From Candidatus Spongiisociaceae bacterium (GTDB taxonomy: Bacteria; Actinomycetota; Acidimicrobiia; Spongiisociales; Spongiisociaceae), in contig OZ253564.1 of NCBI GenBank assembly GCA_965262915.1, positions 2,016,001 through 2,080,000 on the forward strand: a stretch of 64,000 nucleotides of DNA, given 5' to 3'. Each line of letters begins with the position of its first letter. Position 1 is the first letter of the stretch. The notes below the pieces were generated by a model that saw nothing but the letters and a program-made list of their open reading frames with translations, was not told the origin of the DNA and searched no databases. Position numbers and translations under genes: made by a program. Shown here in pieces: positions 1 to 9,700 of this stretch.

Positions 1-688
1 CCTCAAACTCTCGGGCGAGGCCTTCGCCGATCCGGAGATCGGCTACGGGATCTCTCCCGAGATGGTCCGCCGGGTAGCCGCCGAGATAGCCGAGTCGCAG
101 GAGGCCGGATACCAGATCGGGATCGTGGTGGGCGGCGGCAACATCTTCCGCGGCGTATCGGCGGCCGCCAGGGGTATGGATCCGGCCAATGCCGATTACA
201 TGGGCATGCTGGCCACGGTCATCAACGCGCTGGCGCTGCGCGACGCCATCGAGGCGACCGGCGTGCAGTGCCGCGTCCAGTCAGCCATCACCATGCAGCA
301 ACTGGCCGAACCCTACATCAGGCTGCGCGCCATAGCTCACCTGGAGAAGGGCCGATCGGTGATCTTCGCCGCCGGCAGCGGCAACCCGTTCTTCACCACC
401 GACACGGCGGCGGCCCTCCGGGCAATGGAGATGGGCGCCGAGGTGATGCTCAAGGCAAGCAAGGTGGAGGGTATCTACTCGGCCGATCCGGGGCTTGACG
501 AGAATGCTGAGTTCCTCGAGAAGATCAGCTACATGGACTTCATTTCGTCCGGGCTCCGGGTGATGGACACGACCGCCGTCACTATGTGTATGGACCACAA
601 GTTGCCGATCGTCGTGTTCAGCTTGCTGCATCCGGGCAACATCCGCCGTGCTGTGGCCGGCGATGTGATCGGCACCCGGATCTTCTGA
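1..688 (+). CDS. pyrH: UMP kinase, 5'-truncated by window edge
   Basis: Frame open from base 2 (LKLSGEAF...); [32 protein letters not shown] motifs; upstream of frr. Confidence 0.97.
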   Translation, partial: LKLSGEAFADPEIGYGISPEMVRRVAAEIAESQEAGYQIGIVVGGGNIFRGVSAAARGMDPANADYMGMLATVINALALRDAIEATGVQCRVQSAITMQQLAEPYIRLRAIAHLEKGRSVIFAAGSGNPFFTTDTAAALRAMEMGAEVMLKASKVEGIYSADPGLDENAEFLEKISYMDFISSGLRVMDTTAVTMCMDHKLPIVVFSLLHPGNIRRAVAGDVIGTRIF

Positions 689-701
689 CGCGTCAGAAGG
701 A

Positions 702-1265
702 TTGACGATGCTCGACGAACTCCTCGGCGAACTCCTCGACGATGCAGACGCCCGGATGGCATCGGCCGTCCGGCATACCCAGAGTGAGTTCGCCACGTTG
801 AGGACAGGCCGCGCCAATCCCGCCATACTGTCACGGGTGATGGTCGACTACTACGGCACCCGGACCCCGCTCCAGCAGTTGGCATCGACCACCGTTCCCG
901 ACGCGCGCATGCTAGTGGTGCATCCGTTCGATCCGGGTGTCCTGGCCCAGATCGAGCGAGGCATCAGGCTGTCGGATCTGGGGCTGAACCCGACGAACGA
1001 CGGCAAGATAATCCGGTTGGTGTTCCCTCCCCTTACCGAAGAGCGGCGCCGCGACCTCATCCGCGTGGCCCGCAACATCGCGGAGGAAGGCCGGGTAGCG
1101 ATCCGCCACATCCGGCGCGCCACCCGGGATGACATGGCGGAACTCGGCGAGTCCGAGGACAGCATCCACCGGGCTGGAAAGCAACTCCAGCAATGCACCG
1201 ACCGCTACGTTGCGAAGACGGATGAATTGTTGGCCAACAAGGAGCGTGAGCTGCTCGAGGTGTGA
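702..1265 (+). CDS. frr: Ribosome recycling factor
   Basis: LRTGRANP, DLGLNPTNDG, PPLTEERR motifs; start may be ATG at 708. Confidence 0.97.
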   Translation: MTMLDELLGELLDDADARMASAVRHTQSEFATLRTGRANPAILSRVMVDYYGTRTPLQQLASTTVPDARMLVVHPFDPGVLAQIERGIRLSDLGLNPTNDGKIIRLVFPPLTEERRRDLIRVARNIAEEGRVAIRHIRRATRDDMAELGESEDSIHRAGKQLQQCTDRYVAKTDELLANKERELLEV

Positions 1266-1383
1266 GGGAGCGTGGTCCGGGAATCGACTCGGGTGGATGG
1301 CGGGCGATCGTTCCGAAGAGACACCGTCGATCCGCCCCCAGACGGTATCCTGATAGGTATTCCGGGGCGGAGAAAAGATACGT

Positions 1384-2487
1384 ATGGACGAAGAAGGTAG
1401 GCCCCCGGCGGCCGAGGAAGACGGTCCCGGCGAGCCCGGTGGCGGCGTTGTTGACGAGCCGGTAGAGATCGGCGAGTTCACCGGCCGCGACTATATACGG
1501 TCCACCACACGGGAGTACCAGGGGCTGGCCGAGTCGATTGCCAAGGCGGAAGAAGAGGCTTACGAGCAGTCGGCGGTGGTGGCCCATGTTCCGGGGCTCG
1601 GGACCGGCGTCGTCGGCTTCAAGGACATGACGGGTCGCGAAGAGGAGGATGCCGAGCAACTCGAGGAGATCGATCGGGTCCGGCGCTCGGAACTCGCTCT
1701 CCGGATCGTTACCGGGCTTGCGGTCATACTGCTGTTCTTCGGAGCGCTCTATGCGGGTGCCCTGTGGGTCACTCTGTTCCTGGCGATCCTCATCATGATC
1801 GCAATCGGCGAGTTCTATCAGGTGGTGCGAACCGCGGGCTTCGCGCCTGCGGCGTTCATCGGCCTGCTGGGAGCGATCGGCGTGATGTACACGGTATGGA
1901 CTTCCGGTCCCTTCGGGGCCGGCGGGGTTCTCGTGGCCGTGATCCTGGCTGCGGGTCTCTGGTATGTGGTGCTTCCGCGGCGCTACCCGCTGGCCAACAT
2001 CGGGGTCACCGTGCTCGGAGTTGCGTGGATCCCGGTGATGGCTTCCTTCGTGATACCGATATTCCGCTCCTCCGACCCGTGGGCCCTTACCACGGGTTTG
2101 GTGGTGTTCACCGCTCTCAATGACACTGCCGCCTTCTCCTACGGACGGGCCTTCGGGAGCCGCCGCATGGCTCCGGTCCTGTCTCCCAACAAGACGGTGG
2201 AGGGCTTCATCGGAGCCACCGTCGTCACCATCCTGGCAGGCATCATCGTCGGGAGGTTCGGTCTCCTCGAGCCTCTGACCATGGCGTCCGCCATCGCGCT
2301 GGCCGTGGTTGTCAGCGTGTTCGGTCCGATCGGCGACCTTGCCGAGTCTGTGGTGAAGAGGGTGATCGGAGTCAAGGACATGGGCAGCAGCCTTCCCGGA
2401 CACGGAGGGGTTCTCGACCGGTTGGACGCCTTCCTGTTCACCATTCCCGCTACCTACCTGGTCTACGCTTGGTTCGGATACCTGTGA
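1384..2487 (+). CDS. cdsA: Phosphatidate cytidylyltransferase with acidic N-terminal extension
   Basis: SPNKTVEG, GDLAESVVKR..GVKDMG..LPGHGGVLDRLD motifs; multiple TM segments. Confidence 0.95.
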   Translation: MDEEGRPPAAEEDGPGEPGGGVVDEPVEIGEFTGRDYIRSTTREYQGLAESIAKAEEEAYEQSAVVAHVPGLGTGVVGFKDMTGREEEDAEQLEEIDRVRRSELALRIVTGLAVILLFFGALYAGALWVTLFLAILIMIAIGEFYQVVRTAGFAPAAFIGLLGAIGVMYTVWTSGPFGAGGVLVAVILAAGLWYVVLPRRYPLANIGVTVLGVAWIPVMASFVIPIFRSSDPWALTTGLVVFTALNDTAAFSYGRAFGSRRMAPVLSPNKTVEGFIGATVVTILAGIIVGRFGLLEPLTMASAIALAVVVSVFGPIGDLAESVVKRVIGVKDMGSSLPGHGGVLDRLDAFLFTIPATYLVYAWFGYL

Positions 2488-3617
2488 GATCGGTCGTTGT
2501 CCTCGGGGCAACGGGATCCGTAGGGCGCCAGACACTCGAGGTAGCCGACCGGCTGGGTCTGGTCATAGAGGGGTTGGCCGCCCGCCGCTCGGGAGATGAA
2601 CTCGCAGGCCTGGCCGATCGTTACCCCCGCGCGGCGGTGGTGGCGGTCGAACCCGACCCGGAAGGGCACACTCGCTACCGCGACCGGTTCGGTGATCGCT
2701 ATGGCTGGGGAATGGCGGCCCTGGTCGAGTTGGCTGCACGGCCGGCGTGCACCGTGGTTAACGGGGTGGTCGGCGCGGCAGGCCTCGAGGCGTCGGTCGC
2801 CGCGCTGCAGGCCGGCAATCGCCTGGCCCTGGCCAACAAGGAAAGCCTGGTCGTGGGAGGGCCGCTGGTGATGGACGCCGCGCAGCACGGGGAGCTGATC
2901 CCGGTCGACTCGGAGCACTCGGCGCTGTTCCAGTGTTTCCAGGGCGAAGCGGTCGATGAGGTCTCCCGACTGTTGCTGACCGCTTCGGGAGGGCCGTTCC
3001 GGGGTAGGGATGCCGCCGGGCTGGCCGATGTAGGGGTCGAGGAGGCGCTCGCCCACCCCACCTGGCGAATGGGTCCCCGGATAACCATCGACTCGGCCAC
3101 CCTGGTCAACAAGGGCTTGGAGGTGATCGAGGCCCACTATCTCTTCGGACTGCCGTTCGATCTGGTGGACGTCGTGATCCATCCCCAGAGCATCGTCCAC
3201 TCCCTGCTGGAGTTCGTGGACGGATCGCTCAAGGCACATCTGGGGGCGACCGATATGCGCATTCCCATCCAGTACGCCCTTACCTACCCGGCCCGTGCCG
3301 AAGGGCCGGCGCCGCCGTTCGACCTCACCGGGTCGCCGCTCACTTTCGAGCCGGTGGACCGTGATGCGTTTCCGGCCCTGGACCTGGCATACGCGGCCGG
3401 GAGGGGAGGCGGCACCCTGCCGGCGGCATTCAACGCAGCCGACGAAGTGGCGGTCGAGGCGTTCCTACGATCGAGGATCGGTTTCCTCGACATCACCGGT
3501 GTGATATCCGAGGTACTGGAGGGCCACGAGGTGGCCGAGGTCACCTCGACCGAAGTGGTGAGCCAGGCCGATCTGGCGGCTCGCATGGCCGCCCGGGCCG
3601 CGGTGGAGCGCCGCTAG
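2484..3617 (+). CDS. dxr: 1-deoxy-D-xylulose 5-phosphate reductoisomerase
   Basis: LGATGSVG, LANKESLV, PVDSEHSA, HPTWRMG..ITIDSATLVNKGLE; GTG start overlaps cdsA stop. Confidence 0.97.
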   Translation: MRSVVVLGATGSVGRQTLEVADRLGLVIEGLAARRSGDELAGLADRYPRAAVVAVEPDPEGHTRYRDRFGDRYGWGMAALVELAARPACTVVNGVVGAAGLEASVAALQAGNRLALANKESLVVGGPLVMDAAQHGELIPVDSEHSALFQCFQGEAVDEVSRLLLTASGGPFRGRDAAGLADVGVEEALAHPTWRMGPRITIDSATLVNKGLEVIEAHYLFGLPFDLVDVVIHPQSIVHSLLEFVDGSLKAHLGATDMRIPIQYALTYPARAEGPAPPFDLTGSPLTFEPVDRDAFPALDLAYAAGRGGGTLPAAFNAADEVAVEAFLRSRIGFLDITGVISEVLEGHEVAEVTSTEVVSQADLAARMAARAAVERR

Positions 3618-3715
3618 GAGGGTGAAAAAACCCCCTTCGCGGCCCGTCGACCGATGACACAATGCCTGTTCAGAGAAAGACGGACCGTTGCTCCCCACCG
3701 TCTTGGAGCACCCTC
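3618..3715. mobile_element. MITE family A copy (~98 bp)
   Basis: GAGGGTG...AGCACCCTC terminal inverted repeats; CTAG/CTGG flanks; left CTAG contains the dxr stop. Confidence 0.7.
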
Positions 3716-3814
3716 CTGGGAGGCCTCTGTTCGGATTGAGGCCCGGCGCGGCAATACTGGGGCCTGACACGACTGCGGGAAGGTCCCAGGCGGCAAGGAG
3801 CGCGGGAGGTTCGG

Positions 3815-4924
3815 GTGCTTGGCGGGATACTGATGGTGATAGCGATCTCGGCTTTCATCATCGTTCACGAAGCTGGCCACTTCCTGGCGGCTCGGGCGAC
3901 CGGTATGAAGGCGACCGAGTTCTTTCTGGGTTTCGGTCCGCGGATCTGGTCCTTCCGCCGGGGCGAGACCGAGTTCGGTGTGAAGGCCCTTCCCCTGGGT
4001 GGCTACGTGAGAATCGCCGGGATGAACGACCGGGAGCGGGTGGACCCGGCCGACCTGGACCGAACCTACCGGGAGAAGCCGTTCTGGAAGAAGTCCGTCG
4101 TGGTCCTCTCGGGGGTCACCCTCAACATGGTGATGGCGTTCCTCCTCCTGTTCGGCCTGTTCTGGTCATCGGGGATCATCGAGTTGACCACGACCGTGGC
4201 CAGGGTCAGTTCCGAGGTGGCGGAAGGAGTCCCTTCCCCGGCCGCCGAAGCCGATCTGCGGTCCGGCGACACCTTGGTGGCGATCGACGGGATCGAGCTC
4301 GCCGACTGGGATCACGCCGTGGAGGTGATCGTGGCCCGGCCCGGCAAGTCGGTGACCATCGATCTGGTGCGGCGGGGGGAGCACCGGTCGATCATCGCCA
4401 CCCTCGGTGCGTACCACCCGGTGACCGGGGAGGCGGCCGGCTTCCTGGGGGTGTCCCCGGGTGCGAGCCGCGTTGCGGTCGGCCCGGTCCGGGCCGCCGG
4501 CCTGGCTTCCAGAGCCGAGTGGTCGATCATGACCGGCACCATCGAGGCGGTGGGGCGGATCCTGAGACCGGAGTCGTTGGTGGAGCTGGGGGGTGCGCTG
4601 GCGGGCCGGAGCGACGTGTCGGACGAGATACGACCGGTCAGCCCGATCGGCTTGGTGCAGATCGGAGCCCAGGTTTCCCGGGTGGGGATCGGGAACATCG
4701 TCTTCCTCCTGGCGGTGGTGAACGTGACGCTGGCTATTTTCAACAGCCTTCCGCTCTATCCCCTGGACGGCGGTCACTTCGCGGTGGCCCTGTACGAGAA
4801 GGTGACCCGGCGACGGGTGGACGTCCGCCGTCTCATCCCGTTGGCGGTGGCGGTGGTGATGCTGATGCTGTTCCTCGGGCTGGTGGCCGTGGTCCTCGAC
4901 ATCGTCAACCCCCTGACGCTGTGA
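3815..4924 (+). CDS. rseP: RIP metalloprotease (M50 family, PDZ domain)
   Basis: HEAGH zinc motif, GFGP, PLGGYV, NSLPLYPLDGG; follows dxr. Confidence 0.93.
   Translation: MLGGILMVIAISAFIIVHEAGHFLAARATGMKATEFFLGFGPRIWSFRRGETEFGVKALPLGGYVRIAGMNDRERVDPADLDRTYREKPFWKKSVVVLSGVTLNMVMAFLLLFGLFWSSGIIELTTTVARVSSEVAEGVPSPAAEADLRSGDTLVAIDGIELADWDHAVEVIVARPGKSVTIDLVRRGEHRSIIATLGAYHPVTGEAAGFLGVSPGASRVAVGPVRAAGLASRAEWSIMTGTIEAVGRILRPESLVELGGALAGRSDVSDEIRPVSPIGLVQIGAQVSRVGIGNIVFLLAVVNVTLAIFNSLPLYPLDGGHFAVALYEKVTRRRVDVRRLIPLAVAVVMLMLFLGLVAVVLDIVNPLTL
4905..4924 (+). repeat. Left direct repeat of helicase island (rseP 3' end)
   Basis: TCAACCCCCTGACGCTGTGA matches 11948-11967 at 19/20. Confidence 0.8.
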
Positions 4925-4969
4925 TCTGAGGGGTGTCGGCGCGCCGGAGTAACCACCGGAAGACGAATA

Positions 4970-6742
4970 TCAGTTCCGACGGGCTGTTTGGAAAAGGGTG
5001 CTGACTGGGCCTTCCCCCGAGTAGGTGATGGTGAGGGTCTCGGTGGCTCGGGTCATCGCCACGTACATCAGCCGTTTCCGTTGTTCATCCGGGGCGTCGT
5101 CATCCTTCTCTCGTACCCAGATATCGTTGGCTCCGCCGACGATGACATGTCTGAACTCCAAGCCCTTGAGCAATTGCAGGGTCGCCACTCGTACCTTGCC
5201 CTCACCCGAGACCCCCCTGTCCCGACTCTTTGTCGCGTCGAAAGCGTTTGGTATCAGGTGCAGCACTTCTTCCCGCACGTTCCTCGACCCGCTCAACACG
5301 ACGATATTGTCCGCCGCAGCCCCGGCGCCCAGGAGTTCTTCCACCTTCGCGGCGATGGCTCTCGCCTCTGTTTTGAAGTCGGCGCATTCGAAAGTGACCG
5401 GTACATCGCCGATGCGGGCGCCTTCTTCGGGCATGACCAATACGTCGAGGTCGTCGGGCCGGCGGTCCTCCGGTGATTCTCGATCAAGGCCCAACAGTAT
5501 CTCCAATGCGAGACCGAGTATCTCGCGCGTATTGCGATAGTTGATTCTCAGAACGGTGGAGCGGCCCCGGGCGGTTATCTCCGGCGGGTTCCAGGTCATC
5601 CGCCGCCGGTAGACATTCTGGGCGCTGTCGAGGGCCATCACGAAGTGATCCCGCCCCGGCTTCAGCATGGCCCAGGCGAGGTCGAGTCCCGTGGTATCGA
5701 GATCCTGCGCCTCGTCGACCAGCACCATATCGAACCGCTCGGAGGCTTCCAGGGCCCGGGCCACCTCGAGAGCTTCTCGCCTCCGTCTGTCGAAGTCGGG
5801 GCGTTTCCTGTAGTTCCGGCCCGTATTCCGCTTCTCGGCGGGGAGCATTCGGTACGCCAACGAGTCGACCGTACTGACATCCACGTTCCCGGCGTCCCTC
5901 ATCTCCTGGGCCAAAGCGAGCGACAGAGCCCTGTTGAAGCAGAGCAGGAGGATGCGCCACTGCGGGAAATGGTGGGCGATGTACTTGGCGCGGTGGGTGA
6001 GGATCAGTGTCTTGCCGCTGCCTGCCACCCCTCGGATCAGCCGGTACCCGGGTCCGAGGTGTCGGGCCAGTTGCTCCTGCATGCGGTCCAGGATCCGGAT
6101 CAGTCTTTCGCTGTCGCGGTCGGGCGGTGGAAACATCGGCCCTCCCTCGGCGCCGCCGATGATGATCTCGGGATTAACTGTCGCCCGGGCGCCGGTCTCA
6201 TCCTCTTCGGTCAACGGAAGGTCCCGACCGCCGATGATCCGGTGTATTGCCGGCCGCAGGGCCTCGCGGGTGAAGTCCTCTTCGGTGAGTACGGGCAGAT
6301 CGGAGTTTTTTCGCCGGATATCCTGTCTGGGTGTTCTGGGCAGAGCCAGAGCATGCACCACAGGTAGTGCCTGGATTGAACGGTGATCCAGGCCATCACG
6401 GAGCGCCAAGGTCCGCTCCGCTATCGAGGTCCGTACCCGGCTTGGATCGATTTTCTTGCGCCGACCCCACCGGCCCCTTGTCAACAACGGCGCCTCCAAA
6501 ACAGCGACGCCGGCTTCGGGGTCGAGCATCACCAGGTATGCCTCAGAGTCGTCGCCCTCGCCGTCGGCGCGCGGCAGATCCTCGAATTGTCGTTGGAGCG
6601 CCGCGGTGTCGCCTTGACCGGTCCTCTCCAGCCATACGGTCACCTCGTCGGGGAGGAACTCACGCAGGGCCTTGGCAACCGACTGCAACCGGGCCGGGAG
6701 GTCGTTACGGCTGGGGATGTTTTTGGGTTGGAGGAAGGCCAT
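4970..6742 (-). CDS. SF1 UvrD-like helicase with degenerate NERD-like N-terminal domain
   Basis: GVAGSGKT, LVDEAQD, INYRN, KGLEF, LMYVAMTRA; N-terminal YLVMLDPEAGVAVLEAP resembles a NERD core lacking the catalytic D and K; start placed at MAFLQP. Confidence 0.85.
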   Translation of the reverse strand: MAFLQPKNIPSRNDLPARLQSVAKALREFLPDEVTVWLERTGQGDTAALQRQFEDLPRADGEGDDSEAYLVMLDPEAGVAVLEAPLLTRGRWGRRKKIDPSRVRTSIAERTLALRDGLDHRSIQALPVVHALALPRTPRQDIRRKNSDLPVLTEEDFTREALRPAIHRIIGGRDLPLTEEDETGARATVNPEIIIGGAEGGPMFPPPDRDSERLIRILDRMQEQLARHLGPGYRLIRGVAGSGKTLILTHRAKYIAHHFPQWRILLLCFNRALSLALAQEMRDAGNVDVSTVDSLAYRMLPAEKRNTGRNYRKRPDFDRRRREALEVARALEASERFDMVLVDEAQDLDTTGLDLAWAMLKPGRDHFVMALDSAQNVYRRRMTWNPPEITARGRSTVLRINYRNTREILGLALEILLGLDRESPEDRRPDDLDVLVMPEEGARIGDVPVTFECADFKTEARAIAAKVEELLGAGAAADNIVVLSGSRNVREEVLHLIPNAFDATKSRDRGVSGEGKVRVATLQLLKGLEFRHVIVGGANDIWVREKDDDAPDEQRKRLMYVAMTRATETLTITYSGEGPVSTLFQTARRN

Positions 6743-6785
6743 ATAGTCCGGATAACCTTGTAGGTCGGCGGCAGAGTCACCCGGA

Positions 6786-9700
6786 CTATAGGTAGGCCCG
6801 CCCATCTTCGGTGATCCCCAGGGTCTCGTAAGCTGTCCCGTCGTACTCGTTCTCCGTGGTGATTGCCAGGCCCTCCTCTACCAACTGGTCTATGAGCTGC
6901 TCCACGCCATCCGTACCCAGAATGGACAGCCGCCCGAATGCCGGATGCTTCTTGAGCCTCTCCGGAAGTCCGTACGTTTTGCCGACAAGGGTTCGGACCA
7001 GGTTCCGGTGTGAGTAGGGCTGGTGGGTGTCGTAGAGCAGCTGCAGGACGACGGTGCGCTTCGGCAGGGAGGTGAGTATGGCTTCCTCGGTGACGTGGCT
7101 TCCGGCCCAGGGGCGGTCGAGCGAAGCGCATAGGTCGCATCGCCCGCACTCCTCAGATACATCGGCGTCCAGGTAGTCGAGCATCGCTCGACGGCGACAA
7201 CCATGTGCACGGAGGGCGAACCTCTTGGCGCGCTTCGACTTCTCGGCTACCACCTTCTGACGGTCCTTGACCTTCTCGTCGATCGCCCCCCAGTCCGGTT
7301 CGGAGAGTCGCTCCAACACCCAGGCGTACTTCCAGGCGCTGAACCCGAGGATGTCCCGTCGGTTGAGTTCCAGTAGGTCGGCGGCTATCCGCGCAGGCGG
7401 TCGGCCCAGCTGCTGTCCCCAGGTCGCAGCTCGGTATTCTTCGCTTCCGAGACGTTCGACCAGGCGGACCAATTCCCGCCCTCGTCTCGCCAGTTTTGGA
7501 TGTGCCACCTCCAATTCCTCGATCTCCCGCTCCGTAGTGCCCGTGATCGACACGCGCCCACGCCACACGGTGTCGAGGTGCCGTTGCAGCCCGCCTGCTT
7601 CTTGCAGATAGTGGACGGCCAAGGCGAGGCCCACGTTCCCTCGGTCGGTCTCATCGTCGCCTCCGTCGAGTTCATCGGGGTCGTAGGGGTTGGTTCCTGT
7701 TCGAATCCGCGACCAGACTCGCCGCACCTGCCCCGGGGCGGGGGCGGCGCCTCGGATGAAGTTCCTATGGATCGAACAGTCACCGGGCATCGTCAGCAGG
7801 ACCGCGGCGCCGGTCTTCGGCTCTTTGCCTTCGATGGCGCCTCGCGCCGCCCGTCCGGTTTCCTGGACGTACTCCTCGATGGTGGCGGGCATCTCGAGAT
7901 GGACGATCAGGGCTATATCGGGCTTGTCGATCCCCATCCCGAATGCCTTGGTGGCCACCACCACGTTCACCTCGCCGTGACGGAAGGCGTCCTCCACATG
8001 CCGGCGAGCCGGAGTCTCCATCCCGCCGTTGTACGGTCGGGCGTAGAGGCCGGCCGCCGTCAGTAGCCCGGCGATCCGGGTGGTGTCCTTGCGAGTAGGA
8101 ACGTAGACGATCGCGGGCTGGGAACGGAACGCCTCCACGATCTGGACCACCCGCAGATCCCGATCTTTGCGATCCCTGCATCGTTCGGTGTAGTAGCGGA
8201 TTTCGGGTCGGTCGGGGGAGAGGACGACCGCGTCGCCGGTCAGTTCCAGTTGGAGCGACCGCCGGACATCCTGGCGTACCTCCTCGGTGGCGGTGGCGGT
8301 CACCGCCAGGATCGGGGGACGCCGAGGCCCGTGCCGCTGTGTTGCGGATCGCTGCGCTCTGATGCGGTTCAGGGCTTGCGGGATGGTGGCGTATTCGGGC
8401 CGGAAGGAGTGACCCCACTGGGAGATGCAGTGTGCTTCGTCCACTGCGATCCTCGCCACCCCGATCCCCGATAACGTCTCGACGAACTCCTGGGACCAGA
8501 GCCGCTCCGGGCTGACGTACAGCAGCTTGTAATCGCCCCGCGCGGCGCCCCGGAGGACATCCCGCCACTCCCCCTGACCGACACCGCTGTGGATGGTGGC
8601 GACCTTGGCGATTCCGCGCGCTCGTAGGTTCTCGACTTGGTCGTTCATCAGGGCCCGCAGGGGTGAAATCACCAGGGTCAGCCCGGGAGAGAGGAGAGCA
8701 GGGATCTGGAAGGTGATCGACTTCCCCGATCCGGTGGGCAGCACGGCCAGGACATCGTCACCGCGGATGAAGGCCCCCATGGTCTCGCGTTGACCGGGTC
8801 GCCATCGCTCGAAACCGAACCGCCTCCGCACCTCGTCGAGCCGGTGCGCTATCATCTCATGGTCGGCGAGGTCGGCGTCGACCAGTTCCAATTCGGTGAG
8901 ATCGGCCCAAGGGTCGGCGCTGGTGATGGTCCGGAGCCGCTGCCGCATCTGTTCGTCGAAGGCTATGTCGCCCAGGTGCTCGGCGATCTGCCGATAGGCA
9001 TCCTCGGGCCGATTGGCCCTTCCCAGTCGGGGCGGGCCGGGCAGGGTCGCCAAGATTCTGTCCCGATACGGCACCGCCCGGCACAGCCGGTTGTCCAGCA
9101 CCACCGTGACTCCCCGGTCGTCCTCCGCCCTGATGAGGCGACCGACGCCTTGGGCGAACCGAAGGGCCGCTCTCGGCACCATGTAGTCGGCGAAAGGATC
9201 CTTCCCTCGGCGTTCCATGACCTCCATCCGGGCGCCCACAACCGGGTCGGCCGGGGAGTCGAACGGGATCTTCTCGATTATGAGCAGGCTCAGGGCTTCG
9301 CCGGGTATGTCCACCCCCTCCCAGAAGGATCGAAGGGCGAGGAGGCTGTTAGCCTGCTCCCGGCGCATTCTTTCCACCAGAGCGCCAGCCGAGTCGTCGC
9401 CCTGGGCCATCAATGGAATACCGCGGGCATCGAGGATGGGCCGTGCGTGATCCCGCACGAACTCCAACCGGTCTCGAGCGGTCATAAGGACCATTCCGCG
9501 ACCGTTCGTGAGGGTGAGAAGGCGCGGGATCTCCCCGGCGGCGGAGACCCTGAACTCCTCGATCAGCCGCGCCCGGGGAGCGGGCAGGTAGTCGGTCCGC
9601 AGCACCAGGTGGTTCTCGGCAAGCCGGGTGAACGGGCTGTCCAGAGCGGTGGGCCTCACCGCACCCAAGCCGAGAGTGTCGATCACATGGGCGAAACTGT

